Positions 46,747 to 55,793 of a DNA stretch of 64,000 nucleotides are shown piece after piece (the stretch's first letter is position 1; each line of letters opens with the position of its first letter). The notes under the pieces are model-generated. The model saw only the letters and a program-made list of their open reading frames with translations, made no database searches and was not told the DNA's origin. The DNA lies in contig OZ246395.1 of assembly GCA_965230915.1 (NCBI GenBank), forward strand, positions 728,935 through 792,934, read 5' to 3'. The stretch is from an uncultured Candidatus Saccharibacteria bacterium (GTDB taxonomy: Bacteria; Patescibacteriota; WWE3; 2-01-FULL-39-13). The position numbers and the translations under genes were made by a program.

Positions 46747-47589
46747 TTATTGCGCTTTTTTGGATCTTCTATCTTGAACTATATACTTATTAGTGTGTTT
46801 TCTACTTCTAGTCTTCTTTCCTTTTGATAAATTACCCCATTTGTCGACCGGTTGTCTTCCAAGACGTCTCTTATATGATCCTGCTAATGGATGTCCGTAT
46901 GAACGGGTTTTAGCTCTAACTTTTGGTCTTCTTCCCTTATGATATGATCTTCCAGCCTTTCCTAATTTTATAAGCTTCCATTCTTCGTTACTGAGCTGTC
47001 CTATTGTAGCAAAACATTGGGCTAAAAATCTTCTTACTTCTCCGCTAGACATCTTTACATTTACATAATCGCCTTCTTTAGCAGTTATAAAAGCTGCTCC
47101 TCCTGCAGTTCTAACAAATTTAGCTCCTGCACCTGGGTATAACTCTATGTTATGGATAGCAACTCCTAATGGGATATTTGCGAGCCTCATAGTGTTAGCT
47201 GGACGGATATCTGTTTTTTCACTGGAAACGACCTTATCGCCTATTTTAAGGCCTTGTGGGGCTAAAATATAACGATATTCTCCATCTGCATAAAGTACTA
47301 ATGCAATGCTTGTAGTTCTGTTAGGATCGTATTCAATAGCAACAACGGTTGCTGGAACATCTAGTTTTTCTCTCTTAAAGTCGATTTCTCTGTATAATTT
47401 TTTAGCTCCAACTCTACGATTGTAGATAGTTGTTCTTCCAGCTGAACGTCCCACTGCACCTCTTTCTTTTCGGTTTTTTAGTGCTTTTCTAGCTGATTTC
47501 GAAACACCTTTCTTTTCACCAAGATTTTCGTTTTTTAAGTATGTTTGTCCTCTTCTTGCTGGACTTGTTGGTTTTACTCTTTTTATCAT
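46747..47589 (-). CDS. rplB: 50S ribosomal protein L2
   Basis: Conserved L2 sequence (..GRNN.GRIT.RH.GGGHKR.YR..) and C-terminal basic tail. Confidence 0.93.
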   Translation of the reverse strand: MIKRVKPTSPARRGQTYLKNENLGEKKGVSKSARKALKNRKERGAVGRSAGRTTIYNRRVGAKKLYREIDFKREKLDVPATVVAIEYDPNRTTSIALVLYADGEYRYILAPQGLKIGDKVVSSEKTDIRPANTMRLANIPLGVAIHNIELYPGAGAKFVRTAGGAAFITAKEGDYVNVKMSSGEVRRFLAQCFATIGQLSNEEWKLIKLGKAGRSYHKGRRPKVRAKTRSYGHPLAGSYKRRLGRQPVDKWGNLSKGKKTRSRKHTNKYIVQDRRSKKAQ

Positions 47590-47605
47590 AATTCTAATTT
47601 TTGCT

Positions 47606-47642
47606 AAAAATTACTAGCGAAATTTTAATAAATTTCGCGTCT
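47606..47642 (-). promoter_or_regulatory. conserved intercistronic hairpin motif, copy upstream of rplB
   Basis: Plus-strand AAAAATTACTAGCGAAATTTTAATAAATTTCGCGTCT. In mRNA sense this is AGACGCGAAAUUUAUUAAAAUUUCGCUAGUAAUUUUU. Confidence 0.5.
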
Positions 47643-47944
47643 TATTTATCGCCTCCGTCGTAAAGATTTAATTTATCTCCCTTTTTAAGTTCAACGATAG
47701 CTTTTTTAACAGATGGACGGCTATATTTTCTTCTTGCGCCGGTCCAACTTCTCTTTGTCTTTTCGCGACTTCTTAAAACATTAACTTCGATTACAGTAAC
47801 TCCATATAGTTTTTCGACAGCTTCTTTAATTTGTCCTTTTGAGGCATCTTTTCCGACTATAAAGCTGTATTTGTTTTCAGCTTCATGAATTCTTGATGCT
47901 TTTTCGGTTAATATACTTGATTTTAATATTCCTCTTGAGTCCAT
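47642..47944 (-). CDS. rplW: 50S ribosomal protein L23
   Basis: Conserved L23 fold sequence, between rplD and rplB. Confidence 0.9.
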   Translation of the reverse strand: MDSRGILKSSILTEKASRIHEAENKYSFIVGKDASKGQIKEAVEKLYGVTVIEVNVLRSREKTKRSWTGARRKYSRPSVKKAIVELKKGDKLNLYDGGDK

Positions 47945-47946
47945 GA

Positions 47947-48573
47947 TTATTCTCCTTTAAAGAACTTACCAGTAAACAATTCAAATGATTTTTTATCCAT
48001 GACAATGCTGTCTGCCTCTAAAATTTCAAAGGCACTTACTTCATCTATGCTTGTAACTCTTACTGTAGGTATATTTCTGAATGATTTGTAAACTTCAGGG
48101 GTATTTGATTGTAAAACCAATACTTTTCCTTCTGTCTTTAATGAATTCAATAGTGATGAAGCTTTCTTTGTTGAATGTTTTAATTCATCTGAAACATTAA
48201 AAACTTTAGCTTTATCATTATTCAATTTTTCTACAAATGCTAGTTGAATAGCCTGTCTCTTTAATCTTTTAAGAGCTTTGATTGACCAACTCTTTGGGTT
48301 TGGTCCATGAGTGACTCCGCCGCCAACCCATAATGGTGATCTTGAAGATCCAGCTCTTGCACGACCTGTACCTTTTTGTTTCCAAGGTTTTTTACCTCCA
48401 CCACTTACTTCTGATTTGTCTTTTGTTTTTACAGTTCCTTGTCTTTGATTTGTCTGGAAAATTCTTACATATTGAACTAATACATTTTTGTCTAGTTCAG
48501 TAACAGCTTTATCAAAGCTAAAATCAATGTTTTCTGAAGTTTTTCCTGATATATCAAATACGTCTAATTTCAT
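47947..48573 (-). CDS. rplD: 50S ribosomal protein L4
   Basis: ..GGGKKPWKQKGTGRARAGSSRSPLWVGGGVTHGP. Confidence 0.92.
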   Translation of the reverse strand: MKLDVFDISGKTSENIDFSFDKAVTELDKNVLVQYVRIFQTNQRQGTVKTKDKSEVSGGGKKPWKQKGTGRARAGSSRSPLWVGGGVTHGPNPKSWSIKALKRLKRQAIQLAFVEKLNNDKAKVFNVSDELKHSTKKASSLLNSLKTEGKVLVLQSNTPEVYKSFRNIPTVRVTSIDEVSAFEILEADSIVMDKKSFELFTGKFFKGE

Positions 48574-48575
48574 GA

Positions 48576-49052
48576 TTATTTAACAGGCAAATAAACAGTT
48601 ACTTTTGAATTCAAACTTCCCGGAACTCCACCTTTTACCATAACTACATTTGAATTTGTATCTACACCTAAAAATTTTGTAACAACAGCAATTTTGTCAT
48701 TTCCCATTCTTCCTGGCATTTTTCTTCCTGGCATAACACGACCGTCTCCCTGAGCTCCAACTGATCCTGTTGATCTATGTTTATCTTTTGTACCATGAGT
48801 AGCTGGTCCGCCTGAAAAGTTATATCTCTTCATTACACCTTGAAATCCTTTACCCTTTGAGCTTCCTTCTACTTTAATAACAGTTTTTGAATCAAATCCT
48901 TCAAACAATTTAAGATCTTCTGCATTTTCTAATTTAAGGCTAGTAAATGGAACCAAATACGAGTTCTCGTCGAACAATTGGGACATTGAACCCTTTATGG
49001 TCTTAACTCTTGTGTATTTATTTGTATCTTTTGTATTTAATGGTTTTCTCAT
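48576..49052 (-). CDS. rplC: 50S ribosomal protein L3 (short form)
   Basis: KGSMSQLFDENSYLVPFT N-terminus and ..GFQGVMKRYNFSGGPATHG.. core. 158 aa, shorter than the typical roughly 210 aa. Confidence 0.85.
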   Translation of the reverse strand: MRKPLNTKDTNKYTRVKTIKGSMSQLFDENSYLVPFTSLKLENAEDLKLFEGFDSKTVIKVEGSSKGKGFQGVMKRYNFSGGPATHGTKDKHRSTGSVGAQGDGRVMPGRKMPGRMGNDKIAVVTKFLGVDTNSNVVMVKGGVPGSLNSKVTVYLPVK

Positions 49053-49065
49053 AATTTTGATCTTT

Positions 49066-49092
49066 CAAAATTAGTAGCGACTTCTCGCGTCT
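49066..49092 (-). promoter_or_regulatory. conserved intercistronic hairpin motif, copy upstream of rplC
   Basis: Plus-strand CAAAATTAGTAGCGACTTCTCGCGTCT. In mRNA sense this is AGACGCGAGAAGUCGCUACUAAUUUUG, about 14 nt 5' of the rplC AUG. Confidence 0.5.
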
Positions 49093-49180
49093 TTTGGTAC
49101 ACGAACACTAGTCAATAAAATAGAGCTTTCGCCCTTACCTTTTATGGCCATTTATTCTTAGTTAACTTTGAGCACTGGTT

Positions 49181-49510
49181 TTAGCTTTTTATAGTTATTC
49201 CAGCACTTGTAGGCAGTTTTAAATTTGAGAGCTCAGCTATTGTGTTAGCCGTCGGCTCCAATATATCGATTATTCTCTGGTGCGTTCTTCTTTCAAACTG
49301 TTCAAAGGATCTCTTGTCATTGTTAGCAGCACGCTGAAAGCTGAAAATTTCTACCTTTGTTGGTAATGGAACTGGTCCAGAAATTTTAGCTCCGGTTCTG
49401 ATAGCAACATCAACAATCCTCTGAGCACTTTGATCAATAGTTCCAATATCATATGATTTTATTTTTACCCTTATTCTGTTTGTTGCGTTTGATTTGGTTT
49501 TCTTTTCCAT
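49181..49510 (-). CDS. rpsJ: 30S ribosomal protein S10
   Basis: ..IRVKIKSYDIGTIDQSAQRIVDVAIRTGAKISGPVPLPTK...RTHQRIIDI. Confidence 0.92.
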   Translation of the reverse strand: MEKKTKSNATNRIRVKIKSYDIGTIDQSAQRIVDVAIRTGAKISGPVPLPTKVEIFSFQRAANNDKRSFEQFERRTHQRIIDILEPTANTIAELSNLKLPTSAGITIKS

Positions 49511-49530
49511 AATGTACTCTTACAAAAGAT

Positions 49531-49558
49531 AAGGGGAGGCCTATTACGGTCTCCCCTT
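49531..49558 (-). terminator. GC-rich hairpin between tuf and rpsJ (possible tuf terminator/attenuator)
   Basis: AAGGGGAG-12nt-CTCCCCTT. On the minus strand it is followed by AUCUUUUGU. Confidence 0.4.
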
Positions 49559-49575
49559 GATCTTACTTAAGTTAA

Positions 49576-50757
49576 TTACTTAACAATTTTAGTAACAACT
49601 CCGGCTCCTACAGTCTTGCTTCCTTCACGGATAGCAAACTTAAGACCTTCCTCAACAGCGACTGGAGTTATAAGTTCAACAGTCATTGTTGTGTTATCAC
49701 CTGGCATAATCATTTCTACACCTTCTGGAAGTGTAACATCTCCGGTAACGTCTGTAGTTCTAATATAGAACTGTGGTCTGTAACCGCTAAAGAATGGTGT
49801 GTGTCTTCCACCTTCTTCTTTAGATAAAACGTAAACTTCAGCTTCAAATTTAGTATGAGGAGTGATGCTACCTGTAGCAGCAATAACTTGTCCTCTTTCG
49901 ATGTCAGTTCTTTCAACACCTCTTAAAAGGATACCAACGTTGTCGCCAGCTAAACCTTCGCTTAGTTGTTTATTGAACATTTCGACTCCGGTAACGACTG
50001 ATTTCTTTGTGTCACGAAGACCAACGATTTCAATTTCTTCGTTAACGTTTACTCTTCCTCTTTCGATACGACCTGTTGCAACAGTTCCTCTACCTTTGAT
50101 AGAGAAAACGTCTTCAACTGGCATCAAGAATGGTTTGTCTAATTCACGGACTGGTGTAGGAATCCAGTTATCAACTGCATCCATAAGTTCATCGATTTTT
50201 TGACCCCATTTTTCATCACCTTCGAGTGATTTGAGCGCTGAACCAACAATCATTGGTGTATCAGCTTCGTAGTCATTTTTGACAAGAAGATCTTTTAATT
50301 CTTCTTTAACAAGTTCGATAAGGTCTCCACCGTCTTCACCAACCATGTCAGCTTTATTTAAGAAAATAACAAGTTTTGGAACTCCAACCTGCCTAGCCAA
50401 AAGAATATGTTCTCTGGTTTGTGGCATTGGTCCATCTGCTGCAGAAACAACAAGAATAGCGCCATCCATTTGAGCTGCACCAGTGATCATGTTTTTGATG
50501 TAGTCAGCATGTCCAGGAGCGTCGATATGAGCATAGTGTCTCTTTTCTGTTGAATATTCAACGTGAGAAACATTAATAGTGATACCTCTTGCTCTTTCTT
50601 CTGGAGCTTTATCGATTTGATCGAAAGCTTTGAAATCAGCTAAACCTTTGTCAGCAAGTCTCTTTGTGATAGCTGCTGTAAGGGTGGTTTTTCCATGGTC
50701 AACGTGGCCAATAGTTCCGACGTTTACATGTGGTTTACTTCTATCTAAAGTAGCCAT
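49576..50757 (-). CDS. tuf: elongation factor Tu
   Basis: [29 protein letters not shown]. 393 aa. Confidence 0.97.
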   Translation of the reverse strand: MATLDRSKPHVNVGTIGHVDHGKTTLTAAITKRLADKGLADFKAFDQIDKAPEERARGITINVSHVEYSTEKRHYAHIDAPGHADYIKNMITGAAQMDGAILVVSAADGPMPQTREHILLARQVGVPKLVIFLNKADMVGEDGGDLIELVKEELKDLLVKNDYEADTPMIVGSALKSLEGDEKWGQKIDELMDAVDNWIPTPVRELDKPFLMPVEDVFSIKGRGTVATGRIERGRVNVNEEIEIVGLRDTKKSVVTGVEMFNKQLSEGLAGDNVGILLRGVERTDIERGQVIAATGSITPHTKFEAEVYVLSKEEGGRHTPFFSGYRPQFYIRTTDVTGDVTLPEGVEMIMPGDNTTMTVELITPVAVEEGLKFAIREGSKTVGAGVVTKIVK

Positions 50758-50951
50758 TTTTATTTAAATAAGGGAGGGACTACAAAAATCACCTATACTA
50801 AGTAATTTTTATACACCCATAAAACTAAATAAGCTTTATATAACACCTAAAGTTAGAGCTGCACTGAGTCTAGGGGGACTAACAGCACAGTTAACAGACA
50901 CAATTCTAGCATATAAGGCTAAATATTCAATATATTTGGCCCTTTTTACTT

Positions 50952-53057
50952 TTATCTACCTCTTTTGCTCTTAACCTTCTCTGCAATATTCGAAGGGACT
51001 TCTTCGTAGTGGCTTGGAACAAGGCTTGGAGGAGCAGCTCTTCCCTGCGTCAAACTTCGTAAAACAGTTACATATCCGAACATTTCTGATAGAGGAACAA
51101 GTGCTTTTATGACTTGAGCCCCGATTTTCTGCTCTGTACCTTGAATAATAGCTCTTCTTGATGATAAATCTCCGATAACATCCCCAATAAATTCATCAGG
51201 AACCACAACTTCAGCTGCCATAATTGGCTCTAATAGAACTGGCCCAGCTTTTTTGGCACCTTCTTGCAATGCGGTTGAAGCAGCAATATGGAATGCTAAT
51301 TCTGAAGAGTCGACGTCATGATAAGAACCGTCAAATAGAGCAACTTTAAGGTCGACCATTGGGTATCCCCATTCGACACCTTTTCCGATAGCTTCTTTTA
51401 GTCCTTTTTCAACTGGAGCAATAAATTCTTTTGGAATAGCACCCCCGATAATCTCGTTTACGAATTCGTAACCTGTACCTCTTGGCTGTGGTTCTAGTCT
51501 TAACCAAACATGACCATACTGACCTTTACCTCCGGACTGTCTAATGTATTTGCCTTCGACTTCTGTAGCTTTTCTAATGGTTTCTCTAAAAGCAACTTGA
51601 GGAGCTCCAACGTTAACATCAACTCCCATGTCGCGCTTTAAAATGTCGACTTTAATTTCTAATTGGAATTCTCCAACCCCAGAGATCAAAGTTTGACCAG
51701 ATTCTGGATCTGACCCAATATGGAAGGTTGGATCTTCATCGGCAAGTTTCTTTAGTGCCATACCCATTTTTTCCTGGTCAGATTTTGTCTTTGGTTCAAC
51801 CGCCATAGAAATAACTGGCTCAGCAAATGTAATTGTTTCTAATTGAATCGGATCATCCTGATTTGATAAGGTGTCTCCGGTTGTGGTTTCTTTCAGACCA
51901 ACAGCGGCCGCAATTTCTCCTGCCTTTACTGTTTTGACTTCTTCGCGATCATTAGCATGCATCAAAACTATACGTCCTAATCTTTCTTTTGTATCTTTAG
52001 TTGAGTTATAGATATATGAACCTGATTCGATTGTTCCAGAGTAAACTCTGAAGTAAACTAAACGGCCAACATATGGGTCAGTAACAACTTTGAAGGCTAA
52101 AGCAGCGAAAGGTTCTTTTTCATCTGGTTTACAGGTAACTGTTTCTCCAGTTTTAACTTTAACTCCTTCTGCTGGAACAACCTCTAATGGTGAAGGTAAA
52201 TACTGAACAGCTGAATCTAAAATTAACTGAACCGCAATACCTCTAAAATCTCCTCCAACTACTGGATAGAAATCGTATTCTAAGTGAATGGTGCTTTTTC
52301 TGACGACTGATTTGATTTCGTCTACTGTAAGTTCTTCTCCATTTAGATATTTTTCCAGTAAAGATTCGTCTGATTCGACAGCTTTTTCGATCATTTCTGT
52401 TCTATATTTTTTGACCTGCTCCATCATGTCTGCTGGAACTTCGCCGACCTTCATTTCTTTATCGGTATAGTCATTGTATTGGTATGCCTTCATTTCGATA
52501 AGATCGACCCATCCGTTAATTTCTTTTTCGAAACCAATTGGAAGAACGATTGGATATGCATTCTTGGTCAATCTATTTTTGATAGAAGCTAGAGTTTTAT
52601 AGAAATCTCCACCCGTTTGATTAATTTTGTTAATCGCAAACATACGAGGAACATGATATTTGTCGGCTTGTCTCCAAACAGTTTCTGTTTGAGCTTCAAC
52701 TCCCATTTTTCCGTCTAAAACAACACAAGCTCCATCAAGAACTCTTAGTGAACGCTCAACTTCAACAGTGAAATCTACGTGTCCAGGTGTGTCGATAATG
52801 TTAATACGGTGGTCTTTCCAGAATGATGTGACAGCGGCAGAAACAATGGTAACTCCGCGTTCTCTTTCTTGAACCATCCAGTCCGTAACAGTATCGCCGT
52901 CGTGAACAACTCCGATTTTATGTTTTAAACCTGTTTGGTAAAGAATAGCTTCTGTTGTAGTGGTTTTACCGGCATCGATATGCGCGATAATTCCTATATT
53001 TCTAATTTTATCTATTGGGATATTTTGTGCTTTATTTGCAACGTGAATGTCTGCCAT
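50952..53057 (-). CDS. fusA: elongation factor G
   Basis: IRNIGIIAHIDAGKTTTTE, DTPGHVDF. 701 aa, five-domain EF-G. Confidence 0.97.
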   Translation of the reverse strand: MADIHVANKAQNIPIDKIRNIGIIAHIDAGKTTTTEAILYQTGLKHKIGVVHDGDTVTDWMVQERERGVTIVSAAVTSFWKDHRINIIDTPGHVDFTVEVERSLRVLDGACVVLDGKMGVEAQTETVWRQADKYHVPRMFAINKINQTGGDFYKTLASIKNRLTKNAYPIVLPIGFEKEINGWVDLIEMKAYQYNDYTDKEMKVGEVPADMMEQVKKYRTEMIEKAVESDESLLEKYLNGEELTVDEIKSVVRKSTIHLEYDFYPVVGGDFRGIAVQLILDSAVQYLPSPLEVVPAEGVKVKTGETVTCKPDEKEPFAALAFKVVTDPYVGRLVYFRVYSGTIESGSYIYNSTKDTKERLGRIVLMHANDREEVKTVKAGEIAAAVGLKETTTGDTLSNQDDPIQLETITFAEPVISMAVEPKTKSDQEKMGMALKKLADEDPTFHIGSDPESGQTLISGVGEFQLEIKVDILKRDMGVDVNVGAPQVAFRETIRKATEVEGKYIRQSGGKGQYGHVWLRLEPQPRGTGYEFVNEIIGGAIPKEFIAPVEKGLKEAIGKGVEWGYPMVDLKVALFDGSYHDVDSSELAFHIAASTALQEGAKKAGPVLLEPIMAAEVVVPDEFIGDVIGDLSSRRAIIQGTEQKIGAQVIKALVPLSEMFGYVTVLRSLTQGRAAPPSLVPSHYEEVPSNIAEKVKSKRGR

Positions 53058-53097
53058 AACTGCAATATTTAAACATATTTAAACTTTTGGCGCAATG

Positions 53098-53147
53098 AGA
53101 ACAATAAAACAATTCCCCTTAATGGCTAGATTTCTGCCACTAAGGGG
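53098..53147 (-). terminator. terminator-like hairpin between orphan ORF 53156..53548 and fusA
   Basis: CCCCTTARTGGC 12-bp stem with a 9-nt loop, followed on the minus strand by an AUUGUUUUAUUGUU U-rich tract. Confidence 0.5.
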
Positions 53148-53155
53148 AGCACACA

Positions 53156-53548
53156 TTAGCCACCTGGGCTAGCTTGGGCTGCAAAAACGCGATCCCTATA
53201 ATTCGCTAACGCCTTTCCGAATTGAACAAGTAGCTCCAGGCCTTCGTCATTTAGAATGCCTGCGACACCGATGTGACGCTCGCATTCCTGGCCGTCATGA
53301 CTTACCCTTGGCAAAAGTATCGCCATATTCTGACCGTGGCCGTAGAAGTAAATAAATAACCATTCATAGGCATCGGACGTTATCTTCCTGGCTTTACGCA
53401 CTGTGGCGTCCACATTTCCTGCCAGTTGGTATAACAAGTCTTCAGTCCAACCTACACCTTGGTAGGCGAGTTGGATTCCGTCAACTTCAGGGGGATACAT
53501 TACATCCCAGTTCCCATAGCGCAACCCTTCTATTTTAGGACTTGCCAC
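53156..53548 (-). CDS. hypothetical protein (orphan, elevated GC)
   Basis: 130-aa ORF, by eye roughly 50% GC. Contains FYGHGQN...DGQECERH. No family assigned. Confidence 0.45.
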   Translation of the reverse strand: MASPKIEGLRYGNWDVMYPPEVDGIQLAYQGVGWTEDLLYQLAGNVDATVRKARKITSDAYEWLFIYFYGHGQNMAILLPRVSHDGQECERHIGVAGILNDEGLELLVQFGKALANYRDRVFAAQASPGG

Positions 53549-53611
53549 TTTATCTTTCCTTTCTGAATCGAATATAGAGATAGATCTTTGGCGGGCTAAT
53601 TATAATATAAA

Positions 53612-54577
53612 TTAAGTATTATTCGAATTATCTAGATAATCTTTCTGATAAAATCCCCGACCTAACCATTTATGGCGCTCGGTAAATTCTTCTCCCGTAA
53701 AAAGGTTTCTTTCTATATGTTTAGTAGCTTGATTCATTTCGGCACTATTAGCATCAACAAAGCTCAAAATTAGCGCTTCCAGTGTTTGTGGCTGAATCGG
53801 GCTTCCATATTCTAGCTTGCCCTGATGGCTTAGAATTAAATGGTATAACTTATTCCTTAATTCTGTTGGGAAATCAGGCATTTTTTCGATTATTCGATCA
53901 ATCATCAAAAGCCCTTGTCCAATGTGAGCAACTAACTTGCCCGAAGTACTTCTTGCTAAAGTAGCACCAACTATTTCGAGCTCTTCGATTTTACCTATAT
54001 CGTGAAAAATTGTTCCGGTAAAAAGAAGATCCCAGTCCAGCTGAGGATATAGCTTCACATACGCTTTGCCTAAAATATACATTTCCCATGTATGTTCTAG
54101 TAAGCCTCCGATATATGCATGATGGACCATTTCTGCCGCAGGGTAGTTATAAAATAAATCTTTATTGGTTTGATTATTCCAAAAAGTCTCGAGCAGTGAT
54201 TTAAGGTGTGGATTTTTAATGCTTTTTATTTCGTCCATTAAATCTTGCATCATTTCTGATCTATCGCGGCTTGTTACTGGTAAAAATTCTTCCGGAGCAA
54301 TATCGTTACAAATTTGCATCTCATTAATAATTAATTGGAATTTTCCCATATATTCTTTTACAGTTCCTGATACATATACTATTTGGCCAACTTTAGAATT
54401 CTGGTCACAAAGTGCAAAATCTTCTGGAAAAATTCTTGCACGGATTTCACCTGTTTTATCACTAAGCAGTACATTGTAATAAGGTTTGTTTTGTTGGCTA
54501 TTTTTTAATTCGAATTCTCTAAGCGCGAATGGGTTTTTTGAAAGTTTTTGTTCAAGTTTTAAATCTGAAATTTGCAT
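53612..54577 (-). CDS. YhaM/Cbf1-like 3'-5' exo(ribo)nuclease (OB-fold + HD domain)
   Basis: N-terminal OB-fold region, HD motif IFHDIGK, and downstream LILSHQGKLEYGSPIQPQTLEALIL. Confidence 0.7.
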   Translation of the reverse strand: MQISDLKLEQKLSKNPFALREFELKNSQQNKPYYNVLLSDKTGEIRARIFPEDFALCDQNSKVGQIVYVSGTVKEYMGKFQLIINEMQICNDIAPEEFLPVTSRDRSEMMQDLMDEIKSIKNPHLKSLLETFWNNQTNKDLFYNYPAAEMVHHAYIGGLLEHTWEMYILGKAYVKLYPQLDWDLLFTGTIFHDIGKIEELEIVGATLARSTSGKLVAHIGQGLLMIDRIIEKMPDFPTELRNKLYHLILSHQGKLEYGSPIQPQTLEALILSFVDANSAEMNQATKHIERNLFTGEEFTERHKWLGRGFYQKDYLDNSNNT

Positions 54578-54617
54578 ATTGATATCTTAACACTAAAAAA
54601 TATGTAGAAATAGAATA

Positions 54618-54671
54618 ATCAGCGCATATGGTGAAACTGCAAGCTTTTTTGAGCTTACACACCATATGCGC
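54618..54671 (-). terminator. long inverted repeat downstream of small ORF 54696..54944
   Basis: 14-bp perfect stem CAGCGCATATGGTG / CACCATATGCGCTG with an internal AAGCTTTTTTGAGCTT sub-hairpin. Confidence 0.45.
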
Positions 54672-54695
54672 TGCCTGGGGACAAACACAAAGGAT

Positions 54696-54944
54696 CTACG
54701 TTGCCAGAGCAAGCAGCTTGTCTAGATGCGGCTGTGATCCATTGGTAACTGTTGCAGGCTGACTGCTTTCAGCCGAAGGCTGCGGTACAAAATATACAGG
54801 GCTATGCCTGAATGTGCCATTGCCGATACCAAGCTGTAATTGCACAGCACTGGGTGGTGTTGTTTGAGCCGACGGTGCGGCTTCAATAAACAAACCTGAC
54901 ATGATAATACCTCTTTCTTTGTGAAATTCTATTCGATCCAGCAA
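54696..54944 (-). CDS. small hypothetical protein (82 aa, elevated GC, Pro/Ser/Gln-rich)
   Basis: ORF only. Composition is atypical. Could alternatively be non-coding. Confidence 0.3.
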   Translation of the reverse strand: MLDRIEFHKERGIIMSGLFIEAAPSAQTTPPSAVQLQLGIGNGTFRHSPVYFVPQPSAESSQPATVTNGSQPHLDKLLALAT

Positions 54945-54984
54945 TCTTCTCTTTGAGTATATGAAACGAATCGATATCTGACAA

Positions 54985-55686
54985 TCAACAAATAGTGTCT
55001 AAATACTCCTCATCTTTAAGCGACATAAAATTTGCGTCGCCAACGATTACATGGTCAATAATTGGAATTCCAATTACCTTTGAAATGCTTATTAATTTTT
55101 CTGTAACTATTAAATCTTCTTTACTCGGATTTGAATCTCCGGATGGATGGTTATGCGCCAAAATAATAAACGAAGCTCGACGATTTATTGCCGCTTTAAA
55201 AACTTCTCGCGGATGAACTAAAGATTGGTTTACTGTGCCAATCGAAATGTTGTCCATGGCAATTAAGTGATACCTAGCATCGAGTGTAATAATTAAAAAA
55301 TGTTCGGTCTGCTTATCTTCGAGATATGGGCGAATTAAATCGTAAATTTTTTTAGAACTGGTATATTCTTCTGATCTTAAAATCGGCGCTCCAGATAATC
55401 GACGGGCTAACTCTACACAGGCCATAAGTTCACAAGCTTTTGCCATACCAATACCTTTTAGCGATAAAATTTCACCAATGGATAGCCGCTTTAGAGCGAA
55501 AATATCTCCAATATTTGAAAGAATATTTTGAGACATCATGTTAACTGGCGCACCTTTATAACCTTTATTTAGAATAAGTGAAAGTAACTCGGAATTGGTT
55601 AATGCAGCCGAGCCCAAAGAAAGCATTCTTTCTCTGGGTCGCTCGTCTTTAGGTAGGTTTTTTAATTTAACCTTTTTTTGCTGCAT
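54985..55686 (-). CDS. radC: RadC-family JAB/MPN domain protein (UPF0758)
   Basis: N-terminal HhH (..ELLSLIL..G.....V..MSQNIL...G....L...SIGEILSLKGIG.AKA) and JAMM motif HNHPSGDSNPSKED. Confidence 0.85.
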   Translation of the reverse strand: MQQKKVKLKNLPKDERPRERMLSLGSAALTNSELLSLILNKGYKGAPVNMMSQNILSNIGDIFALKRLSIGEILSLKGIGMAKACELMACVELARRLSGAPILRSEEYTSSKKIYDLIRPYLEDKQTEHFLIITLDARYHLIAMDNISIGTVNQSLVHPREVFKAAINRRASFIILAHNHPSGDSNPSKEDLIVTEKLISISKVIGIPIIDHVIVGDANFMSLKDEEYLDTIC

Positions 55687-55793
55687 AAGAAAAGACTACA
55701 CAGCTAGAATTAAAAAAAATTTAATACGGAATTAAAAAAAGGTTAATAAAAACTAAAAAACCCGGGGCTGTGCCCGGGTTTATAGCGAAGTGA

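Noticed and set aside
48576-49052. rplC as a pseudogene because it is only 158 aa
   Set aside because: - The N- and C-terminal conserved L3 blocks are intact and in frame.
- Shortened r-proteins are common in reduced genomes.
9640-54944. GC-rich islands as known structured RNAs (RNase P RNA, tmRNA, SRP RNA, 6S)
   Set aside because: - I searched by eye for hallmark strings and found none outside the two tRNAs. The strings were the RNase P P4 GGAAAGUCCGG, the tmRNA 3' tRNA-like end with TTCGAATCC/CCACCA, and the SRP GGAAGCAGC.
- The long ORFs are unlikely by chance even at about 50% GC.
- These are kept as ORFs with low confidence.
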